Shown here piece after piece: positions 1-8,334 of a stretch of 33,610 bases of DNA (the stretch's first letter is position 1; every line of letters starts with the position of its first letter). The position numbers were made by a program, and so were the translations under genes. The stretch comes from a virus. Lineage: Duplodnaviria; Caudoviricetes. The stretch lies in IMG/VR virus record IMGVR_UViG_3300017747_005338, positions 1-33,610 of that record, one strand, 5' to 3'. The notes under the pieces are model-generated. The model had not been told where the DNA came from. It did not search any database and saw only the letters and a list, made by a program, of their open reading frames with translations.

Positions 1-74
1 GAAGTAGGAGGAAGAGGGTTATTACTATATATACAGTGACCGAAAGATCTATCTCTAAGAGGTATTTTAATCAT
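1..74 (-). CDS. Partial ORF (5' end only; runs off window), MIKIPLRDRSFGHCIYSNNPLPPT..., function unknown
   Basis: ATG at 74-72 overlaps the TGA stop of the upstream GT11 gene (ATGA coupling) and the frame stays open to the window edge. Not in the supplied ORF track. Confidence 0.55.
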   Translation of the reverse strand, partial: MIKIPLRDRSFGHCIYSNNPLPPT

Positions 75-877
75 ACTCTGTACCACCCTTTTACGTGTAA
101 ATCTTTTGCGTCAGATGGGCCAGACCATGGACCTTGTGGTCCAAACCATAACGAAGGCATAACTACTATTTTATTTAAATTTTTATTAAGATAAGCACCC
201 CACCACGCAAATGTTGAGTTAGTAATAATATTATGATCGCAAAGCGTTATCATAATAAAATCATCTATTTGAGTACGGCCTTCCATAAAAAAAACTTTTT
301 TATTAGTGCGTTTAAATAAATGCTGGTTTGCTTTACACCAATTAATATCGTCTGAAAAAATAATATAAGTATCTATTTTGGTTTTGCTCTCCACTATATT
401 TTGCGCATCAAGCCAGTATCTATCTGGTTGTAAGGGATGTATATGTTGCAAATGAACATAGTCTCCGCGGCGCACACTTATAGAGCAAGTAACTCCTAAA
501 TTTAAACTATTTTTTATATCAGTTACTTCTTTTAAATTATCTTCTTTAAATTCAAATGTACTTTTAACTTCTTGTTCAGCCCCAGTAAAATATTTATCAC
601 TCTGTAAATAACCGCTTAAATACACTACTGATTTATCTTTTGGTAAAACAATCGGGTTGTAGTCAAAACTAGCTTCTGTAACATGGAATGGTTCCTTATA
701 TACAGTTAAAAGTTTGTTGAGTTTATTTTTAAAATATTTATTATTATTCCAATCATGTATAAATGTCGGGAAGCCGTGGTTGTCACGAGCTATACCTATA
801 GTACTAGCAATCTGAAACATTTGATTGCCTAGACCATATTCTCCCGACTGAGTTACTCCTGGATGTGTTACGTACAT
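71..877 (-). CDS. Alpha-1,2-fucosyltransferase-like glycosyltransferase (GT11)
   Basis: GT11 motifs GLGNQMFQ, GYLQSDKYF, SVRRGDY (GDP-sugar binding), IFSDDINWCK, NSTFAWWGAYL. Confidence 0.9.
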   Translation of the reverse strand: MYVTHPGVTQSGEYGLGNQMFQIASTIGIARDNHGFPTFIHDWNNNKYFKNKLNKLLTVYKEPFHVTEASFDYNPIVLPKDKSVVYLSGYLQSDKYFTGAEQEVKSTFEFKEDNLKEVTDIKNSLNLGVTCSISVRRGDYVHLQHIHPLQPDRYWLDAQNIVESKTKIDTYIIFSDDINWCKANQHLFKRTNKKVFFMEGRTQIDDFIMITLCDHNIITNSTFAWWGAYLNKNLNKIVVMPSLWFGPQGPWSGPSDAKDLHVKGWYRV

Positions 878-1665
878 TTGTATTTTTTATAAATTGTTTT
901 AAGATTTTTTAATACCACTTCAACTTGAGTATCTGGTGTATGAACGGGTATCCAACCATGCAATTTTTTATAGTGCTCAGCACCTTTTTTCATATTAGTA
1001 GTCCACTCTTCAGTGTGAGTAATAGAACTATTTTGTATAGAATTAGGTATTTCTTCTATTAGTTCATTACTACCTTCAATATCAGGAAACCACCAAAAAG
1101 CAGGTAATAGGCCTTTTTTAATACCTCGTTGACAAAGTTCTACATGCTCCCACGCATTTTTAAAATAAATGTCATGGACACCAACTTCATTAATATAACG
1201 CTTATCAAAATATGAAAAAGCTCCGACGGAGTGCATATTTAATGCAATCTTTATATTATTAGGGTATTCTACTATATAGCGCGGATTAGGCTTAGCATAG
1301 TCTTTAGTTCTGTTTGCAGGTCCATGATAACCAAAATTTAAATGGGTAATACCTGTAACTTTAGCCGCTTCTATATATTTGTTAAATATTGACGGAGATT
1401 TAATGATCATATCGTTTTCTATAAGAAAGATATGATCGCAATTTCTTTTTATAAGTTCCTTTATACCTTTATTTTTAGCAACCCCTACTGTTTGATATGA
1501 AGGAGTATTCTGCAATATTTCAATGTTTTTATTGCAATGCCACGGTATACCGTCATTAATAACTATTAGTTCGTTCAAATCTTGTTTGTTAGCAAGTACA
1601 CTATCGATACATTGTTCAGTAAAGTTAGTTCTGTCACAAGCTATGATTGCTGCTCCGATTTTCAT
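868..1665 (-). CDS. Glycosyltransferase family 2 (GT-A fold)
   Basis: N-terminal IIACDR...CIDSVL, LIVINDG, GVAKNKGI, FLIEND (DxD-like), and AWEHVEL at the ED-motif position. Confidence 0.8.
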   Translation of the reverse strand: MKIGAAIIACDRTNFTEQCIDSVLANKQDLNELIVINDGIPWHCNKNIEILQNTPSYQTVGVAKNKGIKELIKRNCDHIFLIENDMIIKSPSIFNKYIEAAKVTGITHLNFGYHGPANRTKDYAKPNPRYIVEYPNNIKIALNMHSVGAFSYFDKRYINEVGVHDIYFKNAWEHVELCQRGIKKGLLPAFWWFPDIEGSNELIEEIPNSIQNSSITHTEEWTTNMKKGAEHYKKLHGWIPVHTPDTQVEVVLKNLKTIYKKYKCT

Positions 1666-2720
1666 GTTTTTAATGCTCTATGATACAAGTCTGTAACATA
1701 TTCCTTTACTTTATCTTTATCTTTAATCTCTAATAAATCAATAAACTCAGATATAGAAGTTTCAACACTTACACTGAAATTTTTCGTATTAGCAAGTTCG
1801 TTGTTAACTTTATTAATTTCGGTGTAATCATAATCTATTGTTAATTCCACTGGCTTTACAGATACTAATTTACGCACAATAGCATCTACCATGCTCGGCT
1901 CCAATTGCTTATCTATAATAAACTTTACTATATTACCTGCAATTAACTGCTTAATAACAGTAGCTGTATGCTTACCGCTAAAAATATCTGAATAATAAAT
2001 TTTATTGTAACGCGGAGAAATATTGTTTTCGATAAATTCGTATGAAAGAGTATCTAGATCTAATATATAAAGACCTTTAGTAGTATTATAATCTCCCCAA
2101 TCTTGTTGATATGGGCACCCTACGTACAGGATCGTACCTTCGTTATACTTTCTTTCCTCTCTATGATGAAAATGGCCTGAAATAGTAAGTGGTGCTCTAC
2201 TAGTAAGATCAGCTGATTTGAGACCATTAGTACATACTTTAAAAGAGTTCATTTTAAAACTGTTAATTTCAAAATGACCCACAATTAAATCACACTTAGG
2301 TACTTGACTTATATCCTGCCCCCAAGGGCAAAACGCTATGGTCTTACCTTGGAGGTTAACAACTTGAAGAGTGTCAATAACAGTAATATTAGACCAGCCT
2401 CTAAGAATGGAGACGGAATTAACAGTAGAATTGTCACGGTAATAAGCGTCGTGATTACCGACTGTAATAATGATATTGAAGTCGCGAAGTATATCGAATA
2501 TGTCAGTAGCAATATGAAGAGTGTTAACAGCAATGTCGTTGCGATCATGAAATATATCTCCTGGTATTATTATATCTTTTATGCCTCTTTGTTTGAATTG
2601 TTCGCAGGCCCATTTTGCATGATCCAAAGCAATTTTATGCCAGGTCTCACTATTACGGTGTACTCCGTAATGCGGGTCTGAAAAAATACCAACTTCAGAG
2701 TTATGGATTTTAAATGTCAT
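1662..2720 (-). CDS. gp47: Recombination endonuclease subunit, T4 gp47 / Mre11-SbcD family metallophosphoesterase
   Basis: Phosphoesterase motifs FSDPHYG, PGDIFHDR, VGNHDAYY, VGHFE, SGHFH, YVGCPYQ; located next to gp55. Confidence 0.9.
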   Translation of the reverse strand: MTFKIHNSEVGIFSDPHYGVHRNSETWHKIALDHAKWACEQFKQRGIKDIIIPGDIFHDRNDIAVNTLHIATDIFDILRDFNIIITVGNHDAYYRDNSTVNSVSILRGWSNITVIDTLQVVNLQGKTIAFCPWGQDISQVPKCDLIVGHFEINSFKMNSFKVCTNGLKSADLTSRAPLTISGHFHHREERKYNEGTILYVGCPYQQDWGDYNTTKGLYILDLDTLSYEFIENNISPRYNKIYYSDIFSGKHTATVIKQLIAGNIVKFIIDKQLEPSMVDAIVRKLVSVKPVELTIDYDYTEINKVNNELANTKNFSVSVETSISEFIDLLEIKDKDKVKEYVTDLYHRALKT

Positions 2721-3228
2721 TATTTTTGTGCATCGGATTTACAGGATCATCGACCCCTACTTGAGGACCGATTATACTGTAAACCTCTTCTTGGTAAGCT
2801 GCTAAAGTATCTCGCATTCTTTTTTCTTTCTTAATACGAGATCTCCAGCAATTAAACGCAATAGAATTAAAATATGAAAACGGGTTAAAGCCACGATCAA
2901 ATTTGTATTTCTTCTCTTTTATGGCATTAAACATATTGATTAAAGAATCCCCAATTGCTTCTTCTTTAAACGTGTAATTAATAAAATTAGGGGCGTGAGC
3001 TAGACCGTATGCAATGTTTTTTATCATTAATGCGAGTTTATCGGTAATAACATTAGTTTCATAATACATTTTAAGTTCATCTGTAAACTCTTTGGGGTTT
3101 ACATAATAAATTTTTTTAGCTTGCGTGGACGCGCTTAACTTTTTTTCTTTTTTAGGAGCAGCTGCTTTTTCAATCGGAGCTGCTTTCGGTAATGTTTTTT
3201 TCGGTAATTTTAATTTTTTCAAGGGCAT
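2710..3228 (-). CDS. gp55: Late-transcription sigma factor, T4 gp55-like
   Basis: YYVNPKEF...IAYGLAHAPNFINYTFKEEAIGD...FNPFSYFNSIAFNCWRSRIKKEK matches the gp55 pattern; adjacent to gp47 as in T4-like phages. Confidence 0.88.
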   Translation of the reverse strand: MPLKKLKLPKKTLPKAAPIEKAAAPKKEKKLSASTQAKKIYYVNPKEFTDELKMYYETNVITDKLALMIKNIAYGLAHAPNFINYTFKEEAIGDSLINMFNAIKEKKYKFDRGFNPFSYFNSIAFNCWRSRIKKEKRMRDTLAAYQEEVYSIIGPQVGVDDPVNPMHKNNDI

Positions 3229-4633
3229 AAAATTCTTTACGTTTATTATAATGTGCTTTTCCGTAAACTAAATCGTCTACTATATCTATTAGAGTTAATA
3301 TTGTTTTATTTTCGTGAGTGCGAAGGCCGCGGCCTATTGACTGTAGAGTTTTAATTTTTGATTTACCACCAGCTGCAAACATAATATAATGTATATTTTT
3401 AATTGAAATACCGGTAGAGAAAATTTTACTTATTGCGACACACACTACGTTATTATGTGCTTCCATCATCTGCTGTATTTTAAGTCTATCTTCTATCTCT
3501 ACACTGCCTTGTATAAAAAATACTTGTTTATTCTCAATAGTAATTAAATTATTATATAAAGTCTGTCCATGGTCGATATGATCTACTAGAATAAGACAAT
3601 TATTTTGTAATTTTTTTACAACATTTTTTATAACCTTATTTCTGTACTCATTACTATGAATAAAATCTAATTCAAGACGGTATTTTTGCATCGATGATAC
3701 CGAAGTATAATCTGGTATCTTGTCATACTGTAAAAGTAATGAAAGTGCTTGTGCATTTGCAATATATTTATCCCCCGCAATTTCTCTTAATTCTGTTGTG
3801 GTTTTTTTGTATATAACAGGCCCTATATAATTAAATATATTCCATTTATCTATATCATCCTCTGGTAAAGTACCGGTAAACCCTACACGTCGTAAAGTAG
3901 GAATCTTATCAAGTAATTTACAAATTTTATTACCACGCCGTAGCTTATGGCATTCATCTACAATCAAAAGCCCTACTTCAGTAAACCAGGATAAGTCTGA
4001 TTTTTCAGACTGAAGTATACCCATATTAGCAATAATAACTCTACAATTAGGATCAAGTTCGTTATTACCGGTCCACTTAGTAACTAACTTCATAGGGAAA
4101 TTATATGAAGTAAAATCTTTATATGTCTGTTCAACTAACCCTATATCCGGTACAACTATTAACACTTTTTGTGTATACTCTATATATTGTAATGCACCGT
4201 ATACTAAGTTTGATATAATAAAAGTCTTACCGCCTCCAGTTGCTACTTCAATTATACCATAACCCCTTTCAAGTACCCGACCTATAGCTTCAGCTTGATA
4301 GTCTCGTAATTCAAAATTACAATCTAATTTTCTTACACTAGAGCCTGGTGTTGCTATATGCACGTTTGCATATAATTTTATAAGTTCTCCGTTAAAAACT
4401 ATTTCAAAAGGTATATCTAGAGTTTTTAGATATTTTACTATTTCCGGAACTAAACCTACCCCGCAATAGCCAGCTGGAGTAATTGCATATATTCTTTGCG
4501 GCATGAATCTGCCGAATTTATTAAAATGAGCAGCTTTATTACGTACAGAGAAATGTTCTTTAATGTTACTGAAAAAATCAGAAACAATTTTAACTTCTTT
4601 TCTTTTAGAATCGTAATTAAACTCTACTCTCAT
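3170..4633 (-). CDS. uvsW: UvsW-like SF2 DNA/RNA-DNA helicase
   Basis: LRDYQ Q-motif, ATGGGKT, DECH, TGT, FSTGISIKNIH, LQSIGRGLR; downstream of UvsY with a TAATG overlap. Confidence 0.92.
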   Translation of the reverse strand: MRVEFNYDSKRKEVKIVSDFFSNIKEHFSVRNKAAHFNKFGRFMPQRIYAITPAGYCGVGLVPEIVKYLKTLDIPFEIVFNGELIKLYANVHIATPGSSVRKLDCNFELRDYQAEAIGRVLERGYGIIEVATGGGKTFIISNLVYGALQYIEYTQKVLIVVPDIGLVEQTYKDFTSYNFPMKLVTKWTGNNELDPNCRVIIANMGILQSEKSDLSWFTEVGLLIVDECHKLRRGNKICKLLDKIPTLRRVGFTGTLPEDDIDKWNIFNYIGPVIYKKTTTELREIAGDKYIANAQALSLLLQYDKIPDYTSVSSMQKYRLELDFIHSNEYRNKVIKNVVKKLQNNCLILVDHIDHGQTLYNNLITIENKQVFFIQGSVEIEDRLKIQQMMEAHNNVVCVAISKIFSTGISIKNIHYIMFAAGGKSKIKTLQSIGRGLRTHENKTILTLIDIVDDLVYGKAHYNKRKEFYALEKIKITEKNITESSSD

Positions 4634-5034
4634 TACGTTGTTTCAAGTTTTTGTAGGTCTATAAGATTCTTACAGTCCCATGTTAAAGAGCTTGTAAGCT
4701 TTTCAACTTTTTCTAAATACTCAATAATGGTTTCGAGTTTATCTATACTCTCCTGTATTTTAGTTACATTCTCATCATTTGATGTAGCTTGTTCTAGCGT
4801 GGTTTTAGAAAGCGGTATAGGTGATTTGCTAATCATATTTTTTATTGCTTTCTTTTTTGTATCATTAAGTTTTCTGAGCTGCATTTTATGGTTCATCAAA
4901 CGCCCTACCCATTTATGTTTAATAGTAGGCACTAACATCGCTTTGTCTTTTAGAGACAACTCATCAACTTTAATATCCTCAGCTATCTCTTTCTGATACA
5001 AATCAAAAAGATTATCTAAAACCAATGATTCCAT
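4633..5034 (-). CDS. uvsY: Recombination mediator UvsY-like protein (start reassigned to ATG 5034)
   Basis: Helical 133-aa protein ending IEYLEKVEKLTSSLTWDCKNLIDLQKLE, like the UvsY C-terminus. It is adjacent to uvsW, and a sigma70-type promoter lies just upstream of ATG 5034. Confidence 0.75.
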   Translation of the reverse strand: MESLVLDNLFDLYQKEIAEDIKVDELSLKDKAMLVPTIKHKWVGRLMNHKMQLRKLNDTKKKAIKNMISKSPIPLSKTTLEQATSNDENVTKIQESIDKLETIIEYLEKVEKLTSSLTWDCKNLIDLQKLETT

Positions 5035-5041
5035 AGTACTA

Positions 5042-5069
5042 AGTATATAGTATATAATACAAAAATCAA
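5042..5069 (-). promoter_or_regulatory. Sigma70-type (early) promoter TTGATT-N16-TATACT for the uvsY-uvsW-gp55-gp47-GT operon
   Basis: Minus strand reads gTTGATTtttgtattatatactaTATACTtagtactATG; the -10 box ends 7 nt before the ATG. Confidence 0.6.
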
Positions 5070-5070
5070 C

Positions 5071-5322
5071 ATGAAGCAATTTGACGAAAAAATAAAACAG
5101 ATTTTAGAAGATGTAGGGGTAGATGCAGGAGCAGCTGCTAACACAACAACTACAGCCTTCGGGCCAGGTCAATCCCATCCTGCTCAAGTAGGAAAAAGCG
5201 GAGATTTTTACGCGCCTGGGGATGCCCGGAATATATTTGGCCCTAAGTCTAAAAAAACCAAATTCAAACCGCCGGGATTTAAAAAAGGCAAAGTGTTACG
5301 TAGAAGTTTTCCCGGGATGTAA
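5071..5322 (+). CDS. Hypothetical protein, possible internal head protein
   Basis: 83-aa ORF with N-terminus MKQFDEKIKQILE and a basic C-terminus. Confidence 0.65.
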   Translation: MKQFDEKIKQILEDVGVDAGAAANTTTTAFGPGQSHPAQVGKSGDFYAPGDARNIFGPKSKKTKFKPPGFKKGKVLRRSFPGM

Positions 5323-5335
5323 TAAGTAGCCAGAA

Positions 5336-5914
5336 ATGGCCAATGCAAGTAAGAACAAAGGTAAGAGCTGGGAACGGGAAATTGCGAAACATCTCACTGC
5401 AATATACGGAGTAAATTTTCAAAGAGTTCCTAACAGCGGAGCATTTGTAGGCGGTTTTAATGCTAACCGTATTTCTAGCTTGACCCCGGAACAATTATTA
5501 CTTGCATCCGGAGATATAATTTTACCTAGATTTCTATCTCATATTACACTGGAGGGTAAATTTTATAAAGATTTTAATTTTGAAAGTCTGTTAATTAATA
5601 ACCAACAGCTTGATGGCTGGATTGAACAAGCATCTGTGGTCGGTAAAATTCCCTTTGTTCTATTTAAAATTAACCGCAAAGGCGGGTTTGTAGTATTCCC
5701 CTCCGCTATTAAAGATCGGTTAATAATTGAAGGTAGTTATTTAAACTATTGGGTCACTAAAAAGGACAGCCCTGCGCGCGGGTGTTATGTTATTGTCAAA
5801 ATGGAAGGTTTTTTTGAGACAAATAAAGAATCTATAGTTGCTCTTAACCAGGACAATTATAGACTGTATAGTGATGCGTTTTTACAAAACAGCTCTCAAT
5901 CTACTAATAATTGA
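5336..5914 (+). CDS. Holliday-junction resolvase-like PD-(D/E)XK nuclease (Hjc type)
   Basis: SKNKGKSWEREIA...RVPNSGA...GDII...LEGKFYK is the Hjc-like E...D...ExK layout; TAAGTA lies 7 nt upstream. Confidence 0.75.
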   Translation: MANASKNKGKSWEREIAKHLTAIYGVNFQRVPNSGAFVGGFNANRISSLTPEQLLLASGDIILPRFLSHITLEGKFYKDFNFESLLINNQQLDGWIEQASVVGKIPFVLFKINRKGGFVVFPSAIKDRLIIEGSYLNYWVTKKDSPARGCYVIVKMEGFFETNKESIVALNQDNYRLYSDAFLQNSSQSTNN

Positions 5915-6320
5915 TTTTACCTGGATAGAAGAAATTGTCTGCAAAGACTACTACCAACAATTAAACGATTGGGGTATTTTGGAAGAATCTTTAAAAGATA
6001 AAGAAAAAAATAGACTACGTATCTACCATTATACAAAACACATGTTTAATGTGTTAAAAAATAATGATAACAACAAAAATACTGTATTTTATGTTATTAA
6101 AGATAATCCAAATACGTATTTAAATATTATTACAAAATACCTTCCGTTTATAGTTCATTACGGTAGTATAGATTTTAAATGGATTGATTCAAACAACGGG
6201 GAATCTAGAGAAATTATAGAAGGTGTAAAAACTACTAGGTTTAATTTTGACTACAGCAAATACTCTAAACAGAAGGCAAACACCTTTTACGAAAAGTATA
6301 AAATCCAACCATTTATTTAA
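5874..6320 (+). CDS. Hypothetical protein
   Basis: Open frame, probably starting at ATG 5874 (MRFYKTAL), overlapping the end of the resolvase gene; no motif recognised. Confidence 0.6.
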   Translation: MRFYKTALNLLIIDFTWIEEIVCKDYYQQLNDWGILEESLKDKEKNRLRIYHYTKHMFNVLKNNDNNKNTVFYVIKDNPNTYLNIITKYLPFIVHYGSIDFKWIDSNNGESREIIEGVKTTRFNFDYSKYSKQKANTFYEKYKIQPFI

Positions 6321-6355
6321 AATATCCGCTTGAGATATATATTATATATGGTATA

Positions 6356-6378
6356 TAAGGCGAACGAAGTGAGCCTTA
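6356..6378. other. DNA hairpin TAAGGC-GAACGAAGTGA-GCCTTA (tandem G.A pairs and GAA mini-loop on the + strand)
   Basis: 6-bp inverted repeat around GA-AC-GAA-GT-GA, in the largest intergenic gap of the window. Confidence 0.55.
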
Positions 6379-6462
6379 AAAAAGTTACTACAAAAAGAAC
6401 CTTATCTAAATTAAACGTTTACAATGCTATGTAAACAAGCCTCTCCTTTCTCCCCCTAAGAG

Positions 6463-6491
6463 ATTATAAAAATTATATACAAAAAAATCAA
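6463..6491 (-). promoter_or_regulatory. Near-consensus sigma70 promoter TTGATT-N17-TATAAT with no downstream ORF
   Basis: -35 TTGATT at 6491-6486 and -10 TATAAT at 6468-6463. It points into the G-rich sequence TTAGGGGGAGAAAGGAGAGG. Confidence 0.6.
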
Positions 6492-6534
6492 CTGAGAGTT
6501 TACAAAATAGTTAAAAACTAGTAAATATACATAA

Positions 6535-6900
6535 ATGGACAAGATTTATCAAAAAGTTAAAGCCAAAAGTAAGTTCTTTAAGATGTTAGAAGAGTATAAT
6601 ATGAGCGGACTGCCAACTACTTCTACACCGGCTGGAGCTAACCCTGGCACACTACCAGTAACCCCGCAACCAGGAGCAACCACTGGTGGGATAGACCCTA
6701 AAGTCATTGCTGCCCAAAAACTTGCAGCTGATAAAGCTAAAAAAGCTCAAACTGATGCAGCTAAAGCTGAACTTGCTGAATTACAAAAAGCCGCTAAAAA
6801 CTTTCCAGCTCAACAAAAAATGATGAACGATAGAATTAAAAATTTACAGACAGCAATAAAAGATGCAGGTAAATTAAGCGCTGGTACACCCCTACAATGA
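6535..6900 (+). CDS. Hypothetical late protein (Pro/Thr/Gly linker followed by a coiled coil)
   Basis: 121-aa ORF; TAAATA at 6522-6527. Confidence 0.7.
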   Translation: MDKIYQKVKAKSKFFKMLEEYNMSGLPTTSTPAGANPGTLPVTPQPGATTGGIDPKVIAAQKLAADKAKKAQTDAAKAELAELQKAAKNFPAQQKMMNDRIKNLQTAIKDAGKLSAGTPLQ

Positions 6901-7286
6901 AAAAATTTGATTCTATAGTTAACAGAGTTTTTACCGATTTATTAACTGAGCAACCGGCGCCGGCTCCTGTACCACCAGCGCCTGGTCTAGATCAGACCGG
7001 TGGCCCGCAAGGCCAACCAGCTGGCGCACCACCTGCAGCACCGGCCCCTATGCCGGCTGATATACCAGAACCTGAAGAAGAGCAGAAACCTAAACCGTTA
7101 TCATCTCCAGGTCGGGCATTTTTAGTAGATTTAATTAGAAGAGCTTTAGAGATAGACCCTAAATCATTAGATGATGCTGATATGGGAGTTTTTGCTGATG
7201 ATGAAGTAACTATTGAGAATGCAGCTGAGGTAGAAAAGAAACTAGCTAGTATTATTAATAGACTTAATCCTTCTAAAATAGATTAA
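6897..7286 (+). CDS. Hypothetical Pro-rich protein, possible internal head protein
   Basis: ATGA overlap with the upstream ORF; N-terminus MKKFDSIVNRVFTDLLTE followed by a Pro/Ala-rich segment. Confidence 0.7.
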   Translation: MKKFDSIVNRVFTDLLTEQPAPAPVPPAPGLDQTGGPQGQPAGAPPAAPAPMPADIPEPEEEQKPKPLSSPGRAFLVDLIRRALEIDPKSLDDADMGVFADDEVTIENAAEVEKKLASIINRLNPSKID

Positions 7287-7918
7287 TTTTCTCTAGACAT
7301 TATTTCAGCATTACGTTGCATGCGTTTTGCAACACCCGACCCTGAAGCTAAAGCTGCTTTATATTCTTTATTATTTAAATATTCTTTAGCGGCTGCTTGA
7401 TAATTACCTCTGCGTAACAGGTCTCTTGTACGCGGAGAACCAGATAAATCCCCTCTAAAATACCCGTCAATAATTGCTATTTTTAAATCGTCTGAAAAAG
7501 AATCAAATTTCGCTCCAAAATGGCTTTTAGCTAATTGTATTTTTTTGTTTAAATCTTTATTAAACAAATCCATAACTTCTTGATCGCTTAAAGTTTTATT
7601 TTTAAAGGTATTATATTCTTGCGGAGTAACTAAATGACCTATACCCACTGTCCAATAACCTTTACTATCTCTATACAGTTTATTTCTTACCCCCTCATTA
7701 CGTTTTATATATTCTGACGCTTTATTTAAAAATGTATTAGTTTGCGGGGCCGCAAACGACTTTACATTACTGTGATAAAATTTTTTAAAAGAGTTTCCTG
7801 GAGCCGTTGAATACGGCTCTACTATTTGCACTTGAGAGTGCATAGGTGGGGGAATATCTACAGTAATAGGGCCTACTTCATTATTTAGAGATATTTTGCT
7901 CTTAAGACCCGGTCTCAT
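7283..7918 (-). CDS. T4-type lysozyme (GH24) with N-terminal extension
   Basis: Catalytic E-x8-D-x5-T triad in NEGVRNKLYRDSKGYWTVGIGHL; C-terminal AAAKEYL...RMQRNAEIM. Confidence 0.88.
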   Translation of the reverse strand: MRPGLKSKISLNNEVGPITVDIPPPMHSQVQIVEPYSTAPGNSFKKFYHSNVKSFAAPQTNTFLNKASEYIKRNEGVRNKLYRDSKGYWTVGIGHLVTPQEYNTFKNKTLSDQEVMDLFNKDLNKKIQLAKSHFGAKFDSFSDDLKIAIIDGYFRGDLSGSPRTRDLLRRGNYQAAAKEYLNNKEYKAALASGSGVAKRMQRNAEIMSREN

Positions 7919-7924
7919 ATTATA

Positions 7925-7936
7925 TATTTATAAATA
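7925..7936. promoter_or_regulatory. Palindromic bidirectional late promoter TATTTATAAATA (TATAAATA on both strands)
   Basis: The exact T4 late consensus occurs on both strands, between divergent starts at 7918 (-) and 7944 (+). Confidence 0.75.
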
Positions 7937-7943
7937 ATTATTA

Positions 7944-8297
7944 GTGAAGGTTAAATACCGCAACAAAATATATAGTAGCGAAGATATACCTTTGTTTTTT
8001 TACTTTAAAGAACCTTCCAAAAAAGATGATTTTATAAATTTTTTAGCCAATAACTCGTTAATTAAAGAATTTAAAGAAATCCCTTCAATACATGTTATAC
8101 TTGCAGGTAATACAGTTATAAAAGATAAAAGGGCGCGTATTTATATAAGTTTTGATGAAACAGTAGAGAAAAAAGCTTTGCAAAAAAGTATTTTTTTTAA
8201 TCCAAAAGATAGTAACGCATTTTTATGTAGTCCGGGAGACATTGAAGAGCGGAATTTAGAGATATGGATAGAAAAACATATAGACGATCTAAATTAA
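7944..8297 (+). CDS. Hypothetical protein
   Basis: 117-aa ORF with GTG start 7 nt after TATAAATA. Confidence 0.65.
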   Translation: MKVKYRNKIYSSEDIPLFFYFKEPSKKDDFINFLANNSLIKEFKEIPSIHVILAGNTVIKDKRARIYISFDETVEKKALQKSIFFNPKDSNAFLCSPGDIEERNLEIWIEKHIDDLN

Positions 8298-8300
8298 AGC

Positions 8301-8328
8301 TTGAAAATAATAATTTTTCTCATACTAT
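8301..8328 (+). promoter_or_regulatory. Sigma70-type promoter TTGAAA-N16-TACTAT for the queD-queE operon
   Basis: The -10 box ends 6 nt before the queD ATG. Confidence 0.6.
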
Positions 8329-8334
8329 TTTAGT

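Noticed and set aside
2304-2681. ORFs 2304-2681(+) and 2336-2548(-)
   Set aside because: Antisense or off-frame shadows within gp47; no motifs.
4496-4996. 166-aa hydrophobic + strand ORF
   Set aside because: Antisense to uvsY/uvsW; its hydrophobicity is the mirror of Lys/Glu codons.
5279-5494. 71-aa minus-strand ORF
   Set aside because: Antisense to the resolvase gene and the upstream ORF.
8298-8334. preQ1 riboswitch upstream of the que genes
   Set aside because: The gaps before queD and queC are filled by promoter elements ending 6 nt from the ATG, leaving no leader for an aptamer.
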